This document shows, piece by piece, positions 50,629-63,960 of a stretch of 64,000 bases of DNA; the stretch's first letter is position 1; each line of letters begins with the position of its first letter. A program made the translations under genes and the position numbers. The stretch lies in the NCBI GenBank assembly GCA_028534125.1, contig CM052817.1, positions 62,684,001 to 62,748,000 on the forward strand, in the 5' to 3' direction. The notes below the pieces were generated by a model. It made no database searches. It had not been told where the DNA came from and saw only the letters and a list, made by a program, of their open reading frames with translations. Origin of the DNA: Lama glama (Eukaryota).

Positions 50629-50657
50629 ATATATATATGTGTATATATATATATATG

Positions 50658-50691
<34 letters not shown>
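50629..50691. repeat. Compound (TA)n(GA)n microsatellite
   Basis: Directly visible. Confidence 0.95.
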
Positions 50692-50692
<1 letters not shown>

Positions 50693-51071
50693 TTAGTTCA
50701 AAGAAGCAAAGAAAATGAATACCCATGTACCTGCTACTCCACAGAAAGAACATGATTTACCAAAACTTTTGAAACATCTATGTGCCCATCAGAGATTGTA
50801 CCTACTCTATACTACGTGCTCTTCCCTAACACCCCCAGTAGAAGAACCCACTATCTGATTTTAGTTGCACGCTTTTTAAAATAGGTTTACTCTATTTGTA
50901 TGTACAACTGAATGATATATTACCTACTTCATTTTCTATGAAAGGATTCATACTTTTAGATAACCTATGGTTTTGCTTCAATAAAGTGCTTTTATCATTC
51001 ATCCCTGTTGATTCATATAGATGGAACAGATTACATTCTATTACTTAATCCGTCATATGAATATCAAGAAT

Positions 51072-51620
51072 TCTGAAAGGCACAAGATTTAATTCTCCTT
51101 GTAAGCTAACCAGTTTGCCTGTCCCAGTTTTATGAATGCTGCTAGAAGACACGAAACTCCTTGGATTGGAGACAGAGAACTTTATTACTCACGTATGAAA
51201 AACAACAGGAGAATCAGTATCTCTGCCCTGTACCCCAAGCCCCAGTTTCCACATGGTGACAAGAAGAGGGCCAGGTGACATCTGCATGCACAGTGGATTG
51301 TGTTATAGGAAAGAAGTGCTGAGATTAGGAACACAAATCTTTTATAATGAGTGATTCACATTTTTGCCCTTAGCTGTGCAGGGAGGTATTTTTCTGGACA
51401 TTAAGCAGGCCTGCCTTTTGCTCTGGAAGGAGACACTCTCTCTCTCTCTTTCTTGGCTGTAAACAAATATTCTCTTTGTTCCAGAGGAAAATGCTATACA
51501 TTCCAAGGCTTTTGGTTATATAAACATTCTTGAAAAGCTAGTCCAGAACAAAGAGTGGTAAGTGCCTTCCTCATAAGATGTGCAGAAGCATAAACAACCT
51601 ATGAAAACTTGTCCCTCAGG
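51072..51620 (-). mobile_element. ERVL-type solo LTR (MER68/76/77-like group)
   Basis: Reverse complement begins ...ttctgcacatcttatgaggaaggcacttaccactctttgttctggactagcttttcaagaatgttt. Antisense poly(A) signal ctttattactcac (~51180) and TATA-like cttttataat (~51340). Confidence 0.75.
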
Positions 51621-53238
51621 AGCTGGTACAGCACAATTTATTTATTCTTCCCTGGTTAGATGTTTGAATAGTTTCCAGATTTTTGTACCATTGAAAATAC
51701 TGCTGAAAACATTGTTTTACGTGTGTGCTGGTTCATGCATGCAAGAGTTTTCAAGGATATATTTCTAAGAGGGGGTTGCTGGGCTATGTTTTCACCAACA
51801 GTATATAATCATTTTCACTGCACTTTATCCTCAGTAGTCCTTTATATTGTCAGACTTCTAATTTTAGCAATTTCATGAGTATAAAAATATATATTAATTT
51901 AGTTTTATTTTTTTAAATCTCTCAATACTAATTAAGTTGATCATCTTTTTGATATTTTTGCTTCTCAGAAAATCCTGTTCACAGAAAATCCTGCTTGGCC
52001 CATTTTTCTACTTAGATTTTTTTTTCTTATTAATTAATAAGTATTCTTTTGTGTCATGAATACTACTTTGTCAGTTTTATTAGTGCAGATAGTACCCAGT
52101 TTGGGGGTAAGTCTTTTCAATAACTGTATGATATCTTTTGAAGAATACAGTCTTAACTGGTTTATTTTTAATATAATTAAAATTGTTAACATTTTCCCTT
52201 ATAATGTTGTTTTGTAATATAGTTAAGAAATCTGTTTCTACTGAAGTCATAAAAAAACTTTACTGAAGATTTTTTTCCTTTTTTTTACTCTTCTATTTAG
52301 GATAAATCAGGTTCTGGAATCTGAGAATGTATGATTTTTTAAATAAATGAAATTTAAAAATCTGAGCCTAAAATAATCTATTTTGATTATTGCTTCTCTA
52401 CCATTTTTTCTATTCCTTTATTTAGGTACTCAATAACTATTAATTGACTATTTATTATATGCGAAACTCAGTTTAAATATGTGCCAGCTCTTTTTTCCTT
52501 CAGAGTCTCTTAATCTCTTTTTTATATTTGTCATCTCTATATGAGCTGCATTCAGGTTTATTTATTCACACCTACCAGTTCACTAATTTTCTCTTCATTG
52601 GTGTCTAATATGCCTCCTACCCTGTCCACTGAGTACTCAAGGAACTTCTGAAGTTTTGAGAATTTGATGTGAGCCTTTTCATTTGATATATTTTTTTATT
52701 TTTCATTTATTTAAACATTTTAACAATGGAATGTTTCTGTCTAAATCTTACAATTTCAATGCATTCATTTCCCCTGTTTTGGTGAACTTCACTGTATGAT
52801 TTGCTTTTACCCACTTTTACTTTTCTAGTTTTTAATTTATGTGTCTTTTTAGTGAGAGCTATTTTGTTTTGCACTTTGTAGAAAGTATTTGTCATCTGGC
52901 TGCAGAGTGCCTTTTCCTAGGATTTCTATGCTTGTGCAGGAAACTTACAAGTAGAAAAATAAGAAGAAGAAAAAAAATTAAATTAATCCTTGGCATTTGG
53001 GAGGAGGAGAAAGCTAGAGATACATAATTTTAATTCTGGCCCATATAAGTACAGCAATTATCAGGGCAAGGTTGTTTGTTTTTGTTGTTTTGTTTTGTTT
53101 TGCCTTGTCTTTTCTTCTGCTCACATTGCACCTAGAGCTGTAAATATGATCATATTTTCCAATCCTACTTGTCTACAGGTTATTTTTTTTCCTAATAGAT
53201 AGGGAAAGTTGCCTTTAACAATCATGGTTTTATACAGG

Positions 53239-53789
53239 TGTTGTGACTGTGTTAAATTAATGCTTGTTAAGTGAAGCACAGGATGCCCCATGGTGAGCTA
53301 GGGTTCAACAGACCACAAGAGAAATCAAAATAGTAAAGTTTATTACTCACAGATCCTTGCGGAAGTATACAGCAAGCCACAAGATGCCACACAGGAAGGT
53401 CAAAACAGGGTGCAGGCAAAGAGTGTATAACCTGGGGCACATGACTTCCTTAGGGTCAGCGGGTGGAGAAGTTTGGGGTTCCCAGGCAAAGGTCAAATCG
53501 ATCAATTCAAACTAAAAAGACTGGGGCTGTGTAAGGCTCCACGGGGTCTCGCCTATGAGGCACACAAGGTGAAAGCCTGGAGGCGGGGGGGAGGCTGTTG
53601 ATCACAGGGGCCCCTGTGCAAGTCGTATCAGGAACATCCGTGTTTGCTTGTGACTCCAGGGATTGTTATGTAGGGCGTGTACTTGTCTGAGAGGGCCAGT
53701 GTCAGTTCGAGGCCTCCGCAGACCACTCAGCCAAAGAAGAGGGTTGCCAGGCAGCAAAACGATGGCGTGACTTAGCTAAACTCTCCACA
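53239..53789 (-). mobile_element. 3' LTR of a class III (ERV-L group, MER54/73/74/88-like) element
   Basis: TG...CA ends, minus-strand start tgtggagagtttagctaagtcac, and AATAAA on the minus strand (gtttattactcac ~53338). A purine tract lies upstream on the minus strand. An alternative boundary is ~53858. Confidence 0.65.
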
Positions 53790-54199
53790 ATTCTTTCTGT
53801 GATGCCTTGGGATCAGGCACAGCAATCACTTTGCAGAGCAGAGGTGAGGCCTGGGACAGAATCCACACCCTGGGGCGCACTGGCTGCAGTCCTTCTGAAA
53901 GGGCCAGCCAGCACCTGGTGCTCAGCCATCCCGTGGTACAGTTGCAAACCTGGCTGATTTTGTTCCAGCACATCTCCTGAGACATGGTTAGGCTGAGGAG
54001 TCTACTAGCAACTCCATTATCCAGGTTTACTCAGTAAGACTAACAGATACAACAAAGGAGACCCTTTGCATTGAGGAGCTTGTAGGGGCCTCCTTTTCCA
54101 GAGACTAATCTGGATACTGACCAGAGCTGGAGTGTAGTTTCTTTAGACCAAGATGTCATTTACCTCTTTCCTGAATGTTGGGTAGGGGCCTGACCCATG

Positions 54200-55560
54200 T
54201 CTAATGATGGTGGCTGTAGGTCCCAGGGTTTCTGTTTGAATTTCATTGCCCAATGTGACCTGCATCCACTAGGCAGGGGGCCTCTTTCTCTGAGATCCAC
54301 ACAGTTCTGCTAGTGGGTCCTGAAGTTATAATTTCAATCTTTTGTAAAATTTTTCATGAACTCTGTGTTGTAAGATAATCTTTATAACCAAAATAGTGAG
54401 GCAAAGCTGGTGACCTTGCCGTTGTGGCTGGTATTGGGTCATCATCTGGGCCAATAAAATCTACAATATGATCAAAAAATAATCATGATCTCTAAGCAAT
54501 TCAGTAGGGTTCGTCCTCTTGAGCTCTCTATTATAAGAGGGCTATATTGCAAAATCTGCCACTGATTGGGTTGCCAATGTGTAGAAGATGATGAGATGAA
54601 AATGGTAAGGTAAGAGGATGTGAATGACTATCTCCCTAATGACAAATGAGTGGAGTTTCCCTACAAGTACCAACAAGGAGCCTTGGGGAAGACCTCTAGT
54701 TGGTGTCAGGGGTTTGGAGTCCCCGAGGCCTGGAAATTGAGCAGTATTAGAGCCTGGGGTAAAATTCCTGTCCATCTGGGGAACCAGCTATAGTTTAAAA
54801 GCTTGAGGAACATGGTGGAGGCAGCACTTCTGGAGGGAGCAGCCAGCAGGAGTCCAGTGAGGGAATGGGTGAGTCACGGTATGGACTGCATACCTCAGAG
54901 CTCCAGTAGAGGGCAGTAGCAGCCTGATCAAACCAGTTTGCCTCCCTAGTAGGATCTGCCCCCAGGGACAGATGTCCCCACTTGGGAGCCTTCCAGAGTT
55001 TTGTTTGGGAGCAGAGGGGGCAATTGTTTACCACTTTGGCTAGAGCTGGGGTGAAGGGTATGCTGTACCTGCGTGCCCAGTCAGTGAGTGTTGTCACTCT
55101 CCTATGGCCTGATGTAACATGAGTCCACCTGTCAGTGGGCACAGCATCTCTGCAGGAATAGTGGTGTCTGGAGCTGTGTCTGGTATTCTGGAGGTGGCAC
55201 ATATGGGGCCTCAGAACACATGTAATGTGAATAAGGAGTCTACGGTATTACCATGTGCTTTTGGGGTTTGTTGGCATGTGTGTCCAGAGATGTGAGTGAC
55301 CACAATCAGCATGTGTGAATTGGCTCTCTTTCCAAATGGAGAGTTCCAGACAGGGTTTCCCTTAATCATGAAATTATCCTTTGCCATTGTCCAGACTGGA
55401 CTGCAAGCCTGCTGGCCAGCACCCAGGATTCCATAAAAATGTGTGCCCTTCAGAGTCCCATTTTATACTGTAGAGCCAGGCACAATGCCACCAATTCTGC
55501 CAGTTGGGCTGAGTCAGGAGAGCCCTCCTTGACTAGGGATATGCCACTAACAGTCTGATT
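54200..55560 (-). pseudogene. Decayed ERV-L-type pol: RNase H and integrase remnants
   Basis: RNase H SAQLAELVALCLALQY (55512-55465) and HIFMESWVLASRLAVQSGQWQ (~YTDSWAVANGL..WSG.W). Integrase HHCC zinc finger WTHVTSGH...WARRYSIP...NCPLCSQ in the 54795-55202 ORF. Core end PRWTGILPQALILLN (~54780), C-terminal RTVWIS (~54300). Frameshifts, stops and a deleted DDE core. Confidence 0.88.
54903..54916 (+). promoter_or_regulatory. Candidate CTCF binding motif
   Basis: CCAGTAGAGGGCAG matches the CCASYAGRKGGCRS core at 14/14, followed by TA. Motif only, occupancy unknown. Confidence 0.5.
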
Positions 55561-58150
55561 GGTCCTGAGTTGGAAGCAGGGCAAAGTATGGGGAAGCTGG
55601 CAGTCGCTGACCACATCCTCACGGTTCTGAGCCAGTTGCTACAGAAGTTGTTGTTTGGCTTCCTGGGCTGGTTGCTACCAAGTTTGTGGGTCAGAGTATG
55701 TGCACATATAGTCTGATCATGTGGTCTGTCCAGTTCATATTTAATCTTTTCCTATGGGTGTTTTATAAATAAAATCAGACAATTCATGTAAAACTTTTGG
55801 GCAGTGTCTGGCATAACATAGCACTCTATAAAGCACTGCTACTATCAATAATGATAATGGTAATTACTATTACTAAGTTTCTATTCTAAACATTCTAGAA
55901 AACTAAGAAACCTAGAAACAGCAAGTCTGGAAAGTTTTGTTACCTTCATCCTGACTAGAGAGCATGCTAAATAAGGCTTATATTGACTTTTAGGAAATTA
56001 TCATTTTTGAGGGTAAAAAATGTTTAAAAATCTACAATTTTAATGGCCCCATTACCAAAATTATTCTGGTCGATGTATATATTAAAAATTACATGATAGC
56101 CCATACATTTACCTTAAATCCTTTATCAATAATAACCTTCCTTTTATGTTGCCTCACTTACTTCATTCAGATGATGTCAACGTTTTAGAGGAAAATACGC
56201 ACAACTACAGACAGTGATAATTACATGGAATGACTGGCACAGAACAACTATTTTAAAAGGGAATAAATCAATAAACCTAAGGACAGGTTATTTTCACCAC
56301 CTTAATGGTCCTAAAAATTATATCATCTCTGAAGGAGTAAGATGTCTGAAACTCAATCACTTGCCTGCTGTGGTATTTTGCAAAATGTATTTAGAAAGAA
56401 GTACTGCATGAAAGAATGAAGTATTTGTAACTGCAAGAGGGCCCGTTAATCTGCTTTCTGCTAAGCTCAAGAGCTGCTGGGAGAACTCGCACCTCCAGGT
56501 CTGGCTTGCTCGCCTCCTGTACTATCCCAGTAGGCGGGAAGCCCAGTTACTGCCTACTTAGTAATTTGCATATAATCACTCGTATTATTTGGTGATGCTG
56601 ATTTCAGATCTATTTGTAGGTAACTGAGAAACATGGCAAAATAACTCCACAATAAGCCTAATGGCCTTGCTCAGGTTGCACATCCAATTGTTCTCTTTAT
56701 TTTCCACTCCACTTTCACACACTTGGGTAAACTGGGTGGGGTTGGGGCCTGCACATTTTATCTGAAACAACTGTTTTAAACTTTAGTTTATGGATAATAC
56801 AGTTCCATTAACAAGCTATGATTTTTATCCTACTGTCCAGGTGAGCTAAACATGAAAATTGAGTTTACTGGCTCTGCAATGTAATAAGCCTGAGAGTCTG
56901 ACTATAGGTAGCTGTTTCCAGACATCATCATTCACTGTATTAATGATGAGAATTACCAGGAGGGATCAATTCAATCCATCTTCTTCATACACAGCTAGGA
57001 TATAATGAATACTTTGTCTTGCCACACATCCTTGTCAGAGAACTTGTGCTTTCTCACAGCTTTAAACATGTAGATTAACAGTAACTAAACCTGAATTCAA
57101 GTGGTACCTTGTTTAAAACTATATAAGAAAATTCCATAAAGTAAATTAATTTTCAGGTATGCACGTATTTCCGAAGAGAAATTTCCTCTCCTAATCAAGT
57201 TTTATTATTTTGAAAATGAGGGCACGTTTTTGCATATGGTAAGGTCACTCTTAGCCTCTTCTACCCTTCCATACGTAAAGAGAAAAGTAAACTTCCTAAC
57301 ACCAATTCCTTCAAGATGTCTCTTTAAAGACTTTACTATCTTAAGAAAATTATTTGGCATGAATACAAGTATTGTCGAGCTTTTATTAAAGTGTCTTTTA
57401 CACTGCAATATTTTTAATGTAATCAGGACAGAAGCCAACATATATAGACTAATAAATAACTTAATGTCTTACAATGGATATCTGCTGTGGTTGCACATAA
57501 TCAGAATTATTATCTGCCCAGCAGATGGGTGCTTAGCCAGTTGGCTAACACTTCTATTTGAACAGCTTTTGCCAAAAAAAAGTCTCAATATCAGAGAACA
57601 TTTTTTTCTTTTGTCATCTATTTTCCATGAAATAACTTGGTATCTAATTACAAAGATTCAAATTCATTTAAAGCATACTGATTAAGGGGTAGTTATAACA
57701 CCTTTTATCTCTTTCCATTTACTCTTCCTCAATTTTACAATTACAAAACTAACACTAGTGTAGTGAATGTAAAACTAACTGCAGAACTTCTCAGGATAAT
57801 CTTCCAGGCACTTAGCAGCCTTTAGCCATATGGGTTTTGCATGTACAGTTCCAAAATGGCTCTTATCCATATACATTTATGGAGAAGTTTTTAAAAAAAG
57901 GAAAATATATTTGTGTGATATTGAGGACAAGAGTTAGCAACTATGAAAACGAGCTTGCCATAGGCCAGATACCATTCATTTGTAAACCCCTGGGTATAGG
58001 CATGCCTTGTGTGATCATCTTATGTCAGTTCTTGTCTATCAGCAGCTGTTCTAAGTATCCAGAAACTGAACTTTTTACTTTTTGGCTTGCTTCTTAAAAT
58101 CAAACCCATTGTAAAATCATCTTAGTACAAGTACTGTTTCCTTTTAGAAT

Positions 58151-58560
58151 TGTGCAGCTGACACCACAGTGACTCCACCCGGATCTCTCAGAGCCTGGGC
58201 ACCCATTCCCAGCACCTGTGTCTGTTGCTGTGCCCTTCAGAACATGGTCTGGGTACTTCAAGGTGTCATGTCCAGGTCGAGGGAACAAGCCCTTTGGAGT
58301 TTATTTTCTGCTGATGCAGACAGGCCAGAAGGCAATGACTGACTGATCCTCCTGGTTACGTTGAGGGAGCGAGAGAGGGAATCCCAGCTCCCTTATCTGA
58401 GAGGTGACCACTCCAGAGTCCCTACCCTTGGGGACAGGCTGAGACTTCACCTAAAATTACACCTTTGCTTGACTCCTTTCCTTCCCTACCTTGCTTTGCC
58501 CATTTTGTTCCTTCAAACCCTTGACTCAAAGTCTGCTTATCAGAGAAACAACTGCAGACA
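58151..58560 (+). mobile_element. LTR16/LTR33-type (ERVL) LTR
   Basis: TG...CA ends, with ggacaggctgagacttcacctaaaattacacctttgcttgactcc...cccttgactcaaagtctgctt. Confidence 0.65.
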
Positions 58561-61489
58561 AGTTGTATCTGTGCCTTTCACATTGTGCTGTTTGGTCAGG
58601 GGTTGATCAATAATTGTGGAATGAATGAATGCTAGCAATATAAGCAAAGTGGATAAAGAAGAGATCCTTGGTTCAGAGATTTAAGAACATTTGATCATTT
58701 TCTTGTGCCTTTTTTCCTCCTTTCCTTGAGGGAATGATTTGCTATGGTGCATGCTGTAAATTCTTGTGTACAATCTACCATTTGATACTTGGTGTTGAAT
58801 TTTAAATGCGAGGGGGGGAGGGACATGAGGTACCTAGAGAAATTTTACCACATTGAACAAATCTCTGTTTCTATGATGCTATAAATGCTCAGTCAGCTGT
58901 AAGTGTTCTCTGTGACTGCAAGTAATAATCACAGGCAAGTCTCGGGATAGGCGGTAGCACAATAGCTAACTTCAGTAACTCAGTGACCAAGGAAAAGAGA
59001 GCAGCAAAAAGATGGCTTACAAGAACTTGAATGATGGTCATGCAGATAATGAAACAAAAAATACCAAAATCACTTTTTTTTAATTTTAAAGTCTTAATTT
59101 CAACTTTAATTGAAATATAATCACCCTAAAGCTAACTTGTCTGCTATTATGATGAGCATTTTTACGCTGCATAATTACATTCAGCTTCTTGTGAGGATCT
59201 AGAAACTTATAATAAAACACAAACATAATTGGAGTACTAGAAATTTTGCAATCCAATGCTATTTGGTTATTAATGTGTGTATGAGAAGTAGAATCTGACT
59301 TTTTCCCCAGAGATGTATTTCACTTTAAAAGAAAACAACACTTTCAAATAACTATGCATGAGGTTTTTAATGATTAAATTTTCTGTCATAATCTTGACTC
59401 CAGTCAGTAAGATACAATAATTAATGAATAAGTTAGTTGCCTTTAATGTTCTACAGTTTAGTGATATACAACTTGCAGTGTCTCAGAATCTTTCAGAGTT
59501 ATGCCTAGATGAGCAGGCATCTGATATATTGCTTCTTTGGTAAGAGTATAATAGCCAAAGAACAATTACTAGCTTTGTGAGGATGGCATTTTATCAATGG
59601 AACTTCCATTAAGTTAGCCTTCCATCTTGTTAATGTCATGCTCTTTTTTCAGGACCTTGACATCATTATAATGTGTCACTGTAGCAGGAAAAAAATGTAC
59701 TTTTTAAGTACCATGGATATAAATGTGTATTCCTGTCTCTGGTAAATTAGCATTCAAAGCTTTCTCACTGCAGTCATTTTAAGGACTGCACAGGAATAAT
59801 ATAGATATAAAAAGTATATCACTTTTGACAGGAAAAAAATGCTACTTGCCCAACTGCTTGTTAACATTCACTCTTTACATATGGCATTCCCAAAAAAGTA
59901 GTGTTCAAAAGTGTTTTCATGGTATAGTCAGCATTCTGCTTCACTTGTCCTAATGGTAAAGCTTAACCTGAATTAAGCTGAATATTCATAAAGATGGCAT
60001 TTTAAATATAGCTCTTCCCTACAAACAGAGTCATCTTAAGGGTTAGAAATGAAGTGCTTTAAAAAAATAAAATGTTCTTTTCTCTTATATGATTTGATTT
60101 CTATCGTATTTTGTGAAGATAGAGATCAGGGAATATATATGAAGTGTAGTAAAATTAACTATTATCTTGAATAAGCAAAAGATGCTGTTGATAGTTATGC
60201 CTGCATAATGCCAAAAGGAAACACTAAAAATTGAAAATTTCAGGCACATAGCCAGTTTTTTGATTGATTGGATTACAAGTAACTGATCTGACAGATTACT
60301 TTTTCCTCCAAGGAACTGCCCAGATTTTGATGAAGCTGACCAAATCTGTCAACTCTGTAGGTGGCATCTTATTGAATCAAGAAAATATCAATGCCCTCTC
60401 AATAAATCTGAGTGCCAAATTTTTTACTAGTTAACCTCATATCCTGTAATCACTGGTCAGGAGGTGACTGCCTCTTGATGTCTTCACAATAGCTAAAAAT
60501 ATTCTCCTATCCATTTGGAGATAAAAAGTACAGAAAAAAAATCATTTCCACTAAAAAAAGAAACCTGCTGTCATCTTATATTCAGTATATCTCTTCCAAT
60601 TTTCTACTAGTGACTTCTTAAGTTATTTTAGTACACCTATTCGATCTCGCTACACTCATAAAACTTCTCAGATTTTCTATTATCTTATAATGTACCAGCC
60701 GACAGTATAAATGAAATCAAATCCAAGTATTCCACAGCAATGAAGGGAGGATTTTTTTCATGTGAAGGAGAGCTGTCTAGGCTTCAGAGTCCCAATCATT
60801 GTCCCCTTTTAGGGATATCTTAGATGTTAACTGCTGTTGGGCAAGGCAGTTAGAGGCAAGAGGGCTAGAAGGTCCATCTCTGATGGATCCCTGATGCACA
60901 GAACTCAGCAGAGTAATGCTCCTCTATTTTACCCAAAAAGAAAATACAGAACCCTTCTCTTAATTCCCTGTAGCACAATTGAGACCAATTAGAAGACGCA
61001 AGCACAGCTTAAGTAAGGTTTCATGTATTACAGAAGATAGACATAAAAGTAGAGGTTTTTTTTTTAATATTTAATAATTCCCTGTTAAGGACTCCCACTA
61101 AGGCTAAGGAATGCCACACACCCTTACCACCCCTTAACTTTTGGTCTTACCCAAAATGGGGGGGCCATTTAAACTGCATCACCCAGGACCCACTTTCAAG
61201 CATACCTAGATCCAATTGCACAAAAAATAGTAATGTTTCCCATCTAGTAAAGTCTGTCTCCCAAATGTTGGCTTCCTGTGTCTTCCTTTATTGTTAAAAA
61301 AAAAAAGACCAACCTTTGAATATAAAACAATGTGTCTTCACAGGAGATATGCACATATAGCTATTGGGAAGTTTTACTTTAAATCTCTTCTAATTCCTTG
61401 AATTATCTTTATTTCTTTTTGTCTTTCCTTTTGTGAGTAACCTTTCAAAAAAGTAGGTTTTTCTGTTGCTCTCCCCACTGTCCTGTACA

Positions 61490-62200
61490 TTGATTGAGAC
61501 TGCTTGCAGTCAAGTATCTACCACTGCTTACCTGGAAACCGACCATCTAATCACAAAATCAGGTGACCCTTTCTCAGTCTGAACCTCTATCAATCTCTCT
61601 ATAACCATCCACACAGCTGACTGTCTTCTTAAAATTGTATTATTCCCTTGGGTCCGATGAACACGTACTATTCTGCTGTTTCTCTTGACACACAGCCTAT
61701 TCCTCTCTTTTATTCTTTACGGACTCTTCCTGTTTCACTACTGCCTGAATGTACTTGTGTTACAAGATTCAAGGTCATGCTGCTTTTCATCTTTATTGGC
61801 CTCTCTTCTTTGGCAGTCTCAGTTACAACCATCCCATTTTTGTGAGTACTTCCTAAATCTCTGAACCTTGATATCTCTAGACTGATCTAGTCCACAGTCT
61901 ATAACTCTCTGTTGTGATATCTAGCTGAATACTCTGGAAGATGCCTCAAACACAACATGTTTTAAATGATATCTATTTTATTCATTAAAACAATGATTTT
62001 TTCTAACTTCTCCTATTTGGTTTACGGTAATTCTATTCTTCTCAATTACCTCGTCTCCACGTGCCTGCATAGCATTTGACTTCTCTCTGCTCTTCACTTC
62101 CTGTATCTAATCATTTCTCAGGGCAGTTTTCTCATTGGTATTTTGATTCTGTCTTTTCCTTTCAGGTGGTTTTCTTCCCTATTCTAGTTGTTCTTCATGT
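61490..62200 (+). mobile_element. L2 LINE fragment
   Basis: caaaatcaggtgaccctttctcagtc...acacagctgactgtcttcttaaaa...tgcctcaaacacaacatgttt...tcctgtatctaatcattt. Confidence 0.7.
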
Positions 62201-62329
62201 TTGGCCTTAACTCTTTCCTTTTTTCTTTTCTTTTCTTTTTTTTTTTGGTTTGGCTGGTTATCAAAATAATTCTTATTCACAGTAAAAAATAAACTGTAAT
62301 GAAATTTGAAGTTCTCTGCCAGCACAAAT

Positions 62330-62660
62330 ACTTCATTCCTTCTATTACCACAGTTTTATGTGGATCAGTCCAAAAATTATCATTCATGCACACAAATATA
62401 TTTCCAAATCATTTCTAAAGTAGCCGAAACAATATAATCTTTAACTAGCAATGTATGAAAATGTTATTTCCCCACACTCTTCCAACCCTTCTGTTATCAT
62501 GCCTTATTATTTGCCAGTCTGTTCTCTTATTGTTGTTTTAATTTGCATTTTATTATTTATAAATAAGATTGAGCATCTATTCATATGCTTATAAGTAATT
62601 TGTGTCACTTTTTCTGTGAAATGCCTGTACATATTGTCTTCTATTTTTTTCCTTCTTGTA
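62330..62660 (-). mobile_element. Old L1 antisense fragment
   Basis: ctagcaatgtatgaaaatgttatttcccacactcttccaac...ttgttgttttaatttgcatttt...ttgagcatctattcatatgctta. Confidence 0.8.
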
Positions 62661-62824
62661 TCACTGCCTCAAGCCTCTTTTGGCTTCTATGATGATTACA
62701 AATCTTACTAATTCACATTTCCAGAACATTGCCTACTTAAAATATTTTAAATTATTGTTGATGTTTCAACTGTTCAAAATTGAAACCTCCTGGTACCAGT
62801 ATACAAGTCAAAGTTCTTAAGTAC

Positions 62825-63328
62825 AGGCCTTAGGAAGCAGAAATCTGAATGATTTTAGCTGAAATGCATTTCCTTGGAAGGATATTGAGAAACTCAGAAT
62901 CTATGGCAGGGCTTGAGAATCATACCTGGATGTCACACATTTTGGGGAAAAAAGTACTTGAAATTATGTTGCTAAAACCTTTCATCAAAGATACCAGTGA
63001 TATTGCTCTGATACCATCAATACTGAAAAATGGTTGCTGTCAGTGGAGCAAAACCTGCGGATAACTTTGGAAAATATGTGTTAGCTGACCCCTTTGCTAC
63101 CATACCTAGCTGGTCATTCACTTCAGATTAAAGAGCTGGGATGTAGCCATCTGGTTGCCCTACACCCTGTACCTGAGCTCCACATTCAGGAGAAACACAG
63201 AAAGCAATTCTCTAACACTTTTCATTTCTAGAGTTGGATGTGTGCTTTGCTTCACAAGTCAGTGGATTCTCCACATATAGGAAGGGCTTCAAAAGCTGAA
63301 CACCACGAAGAATGACAGATTCTACTAA
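62825..63328 (-). mobile_element. Very old MLT1 (MLT1M/N/O-like) LTR
   Basis: ggaagcagaaatctgaatgattttagc...ttggaaggatattgagaaactcagaatc...ggattctccacatataggaagggcttc...gaatgacagattctacta. Confidence 0.5.
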
Positions 63329-63794
63329 GGTTGCTCTTAATTCCCTAATATGCCCTCACTTTATATGAAGAGGTATTTGTTTCATTCTTAACATAGCCTA
63401 AGGTCATCCCACCTAGACATAGCCGTTGCTAATGCACACGCTGAAGTTTTTGCATCCCTCCTTTTTGCTTCTCTTTTGTTTTTTTTTTGTCTAGACTGCT
63501 TACTTTTGGTCATTCTATCCACTTTTAAAATTTTGACTTCAAATATCTTTTCTTTGAGGCTCCCCTAATAGTTCCCCTTCTCTCAACTGTCATACAATTT
63601 GATCCCACCAAACAATAATACCCACTGAATTCTGCCTTGTCCGGAAATTGCTCTAATATGCACTGTCTCATCCTATTACTCTGTAAGCACCAATTTTATA
63701 GGGACAGTGCCATTTCATTTTTCAATGCATTAAAATATTCAGAAGACTTAGATATTAATTTAAAGAACTCATGAAAAATAGATTTATACTTCCT

Positions 63795-63960
63795 TGCCAT
63801 TCATTTACTCATTCAGCAAATATGTATTAAATTCCTACTATATATGCCAACATTCTGCTTAGAGCTAAAGATATAATGATGAACAAGATTGATTCAATGT
63901 TTTACAGATTTAGAAACTAAAAACCAAATTACAACACCAATAAAACAAACAAAATACAAG
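63795..63960 (-). mobile_element. L2 3' end
   Basis: cattcatttactcattcagcaaatatgtattaaattcctactatatgccaacattctgc. Confidence 0.8.

Larger units (their letters stand above)
50575..52290 (-). mobile_element. Old L1 (L1ME-like) antisense, interrupted by an LTR and a microsatellite
   Basis: atgaatacccatgtacc, tgtttgaatagtttccagatttttg, catgcatgcaagagttttc, atattgtcagacttctaattttagcaat, gttaagaaatctgtttctac. Confidence 0.7.

Noticed and set aside
54795..55202. 135-aa ORF as a domesticated integrase gene
   Set aside because: Only the HHCC finger is in frame; it frameshifts before the core, and the DDE region is deleted.
57230..57685. 151-aa ORF in AT-rich unique DNA
   Set aside because: No recognisable homology or convincing splice sites; one ORF of this length in six frames of 64 kb is within rough chance expectation. 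PhyloCSF would settle it.
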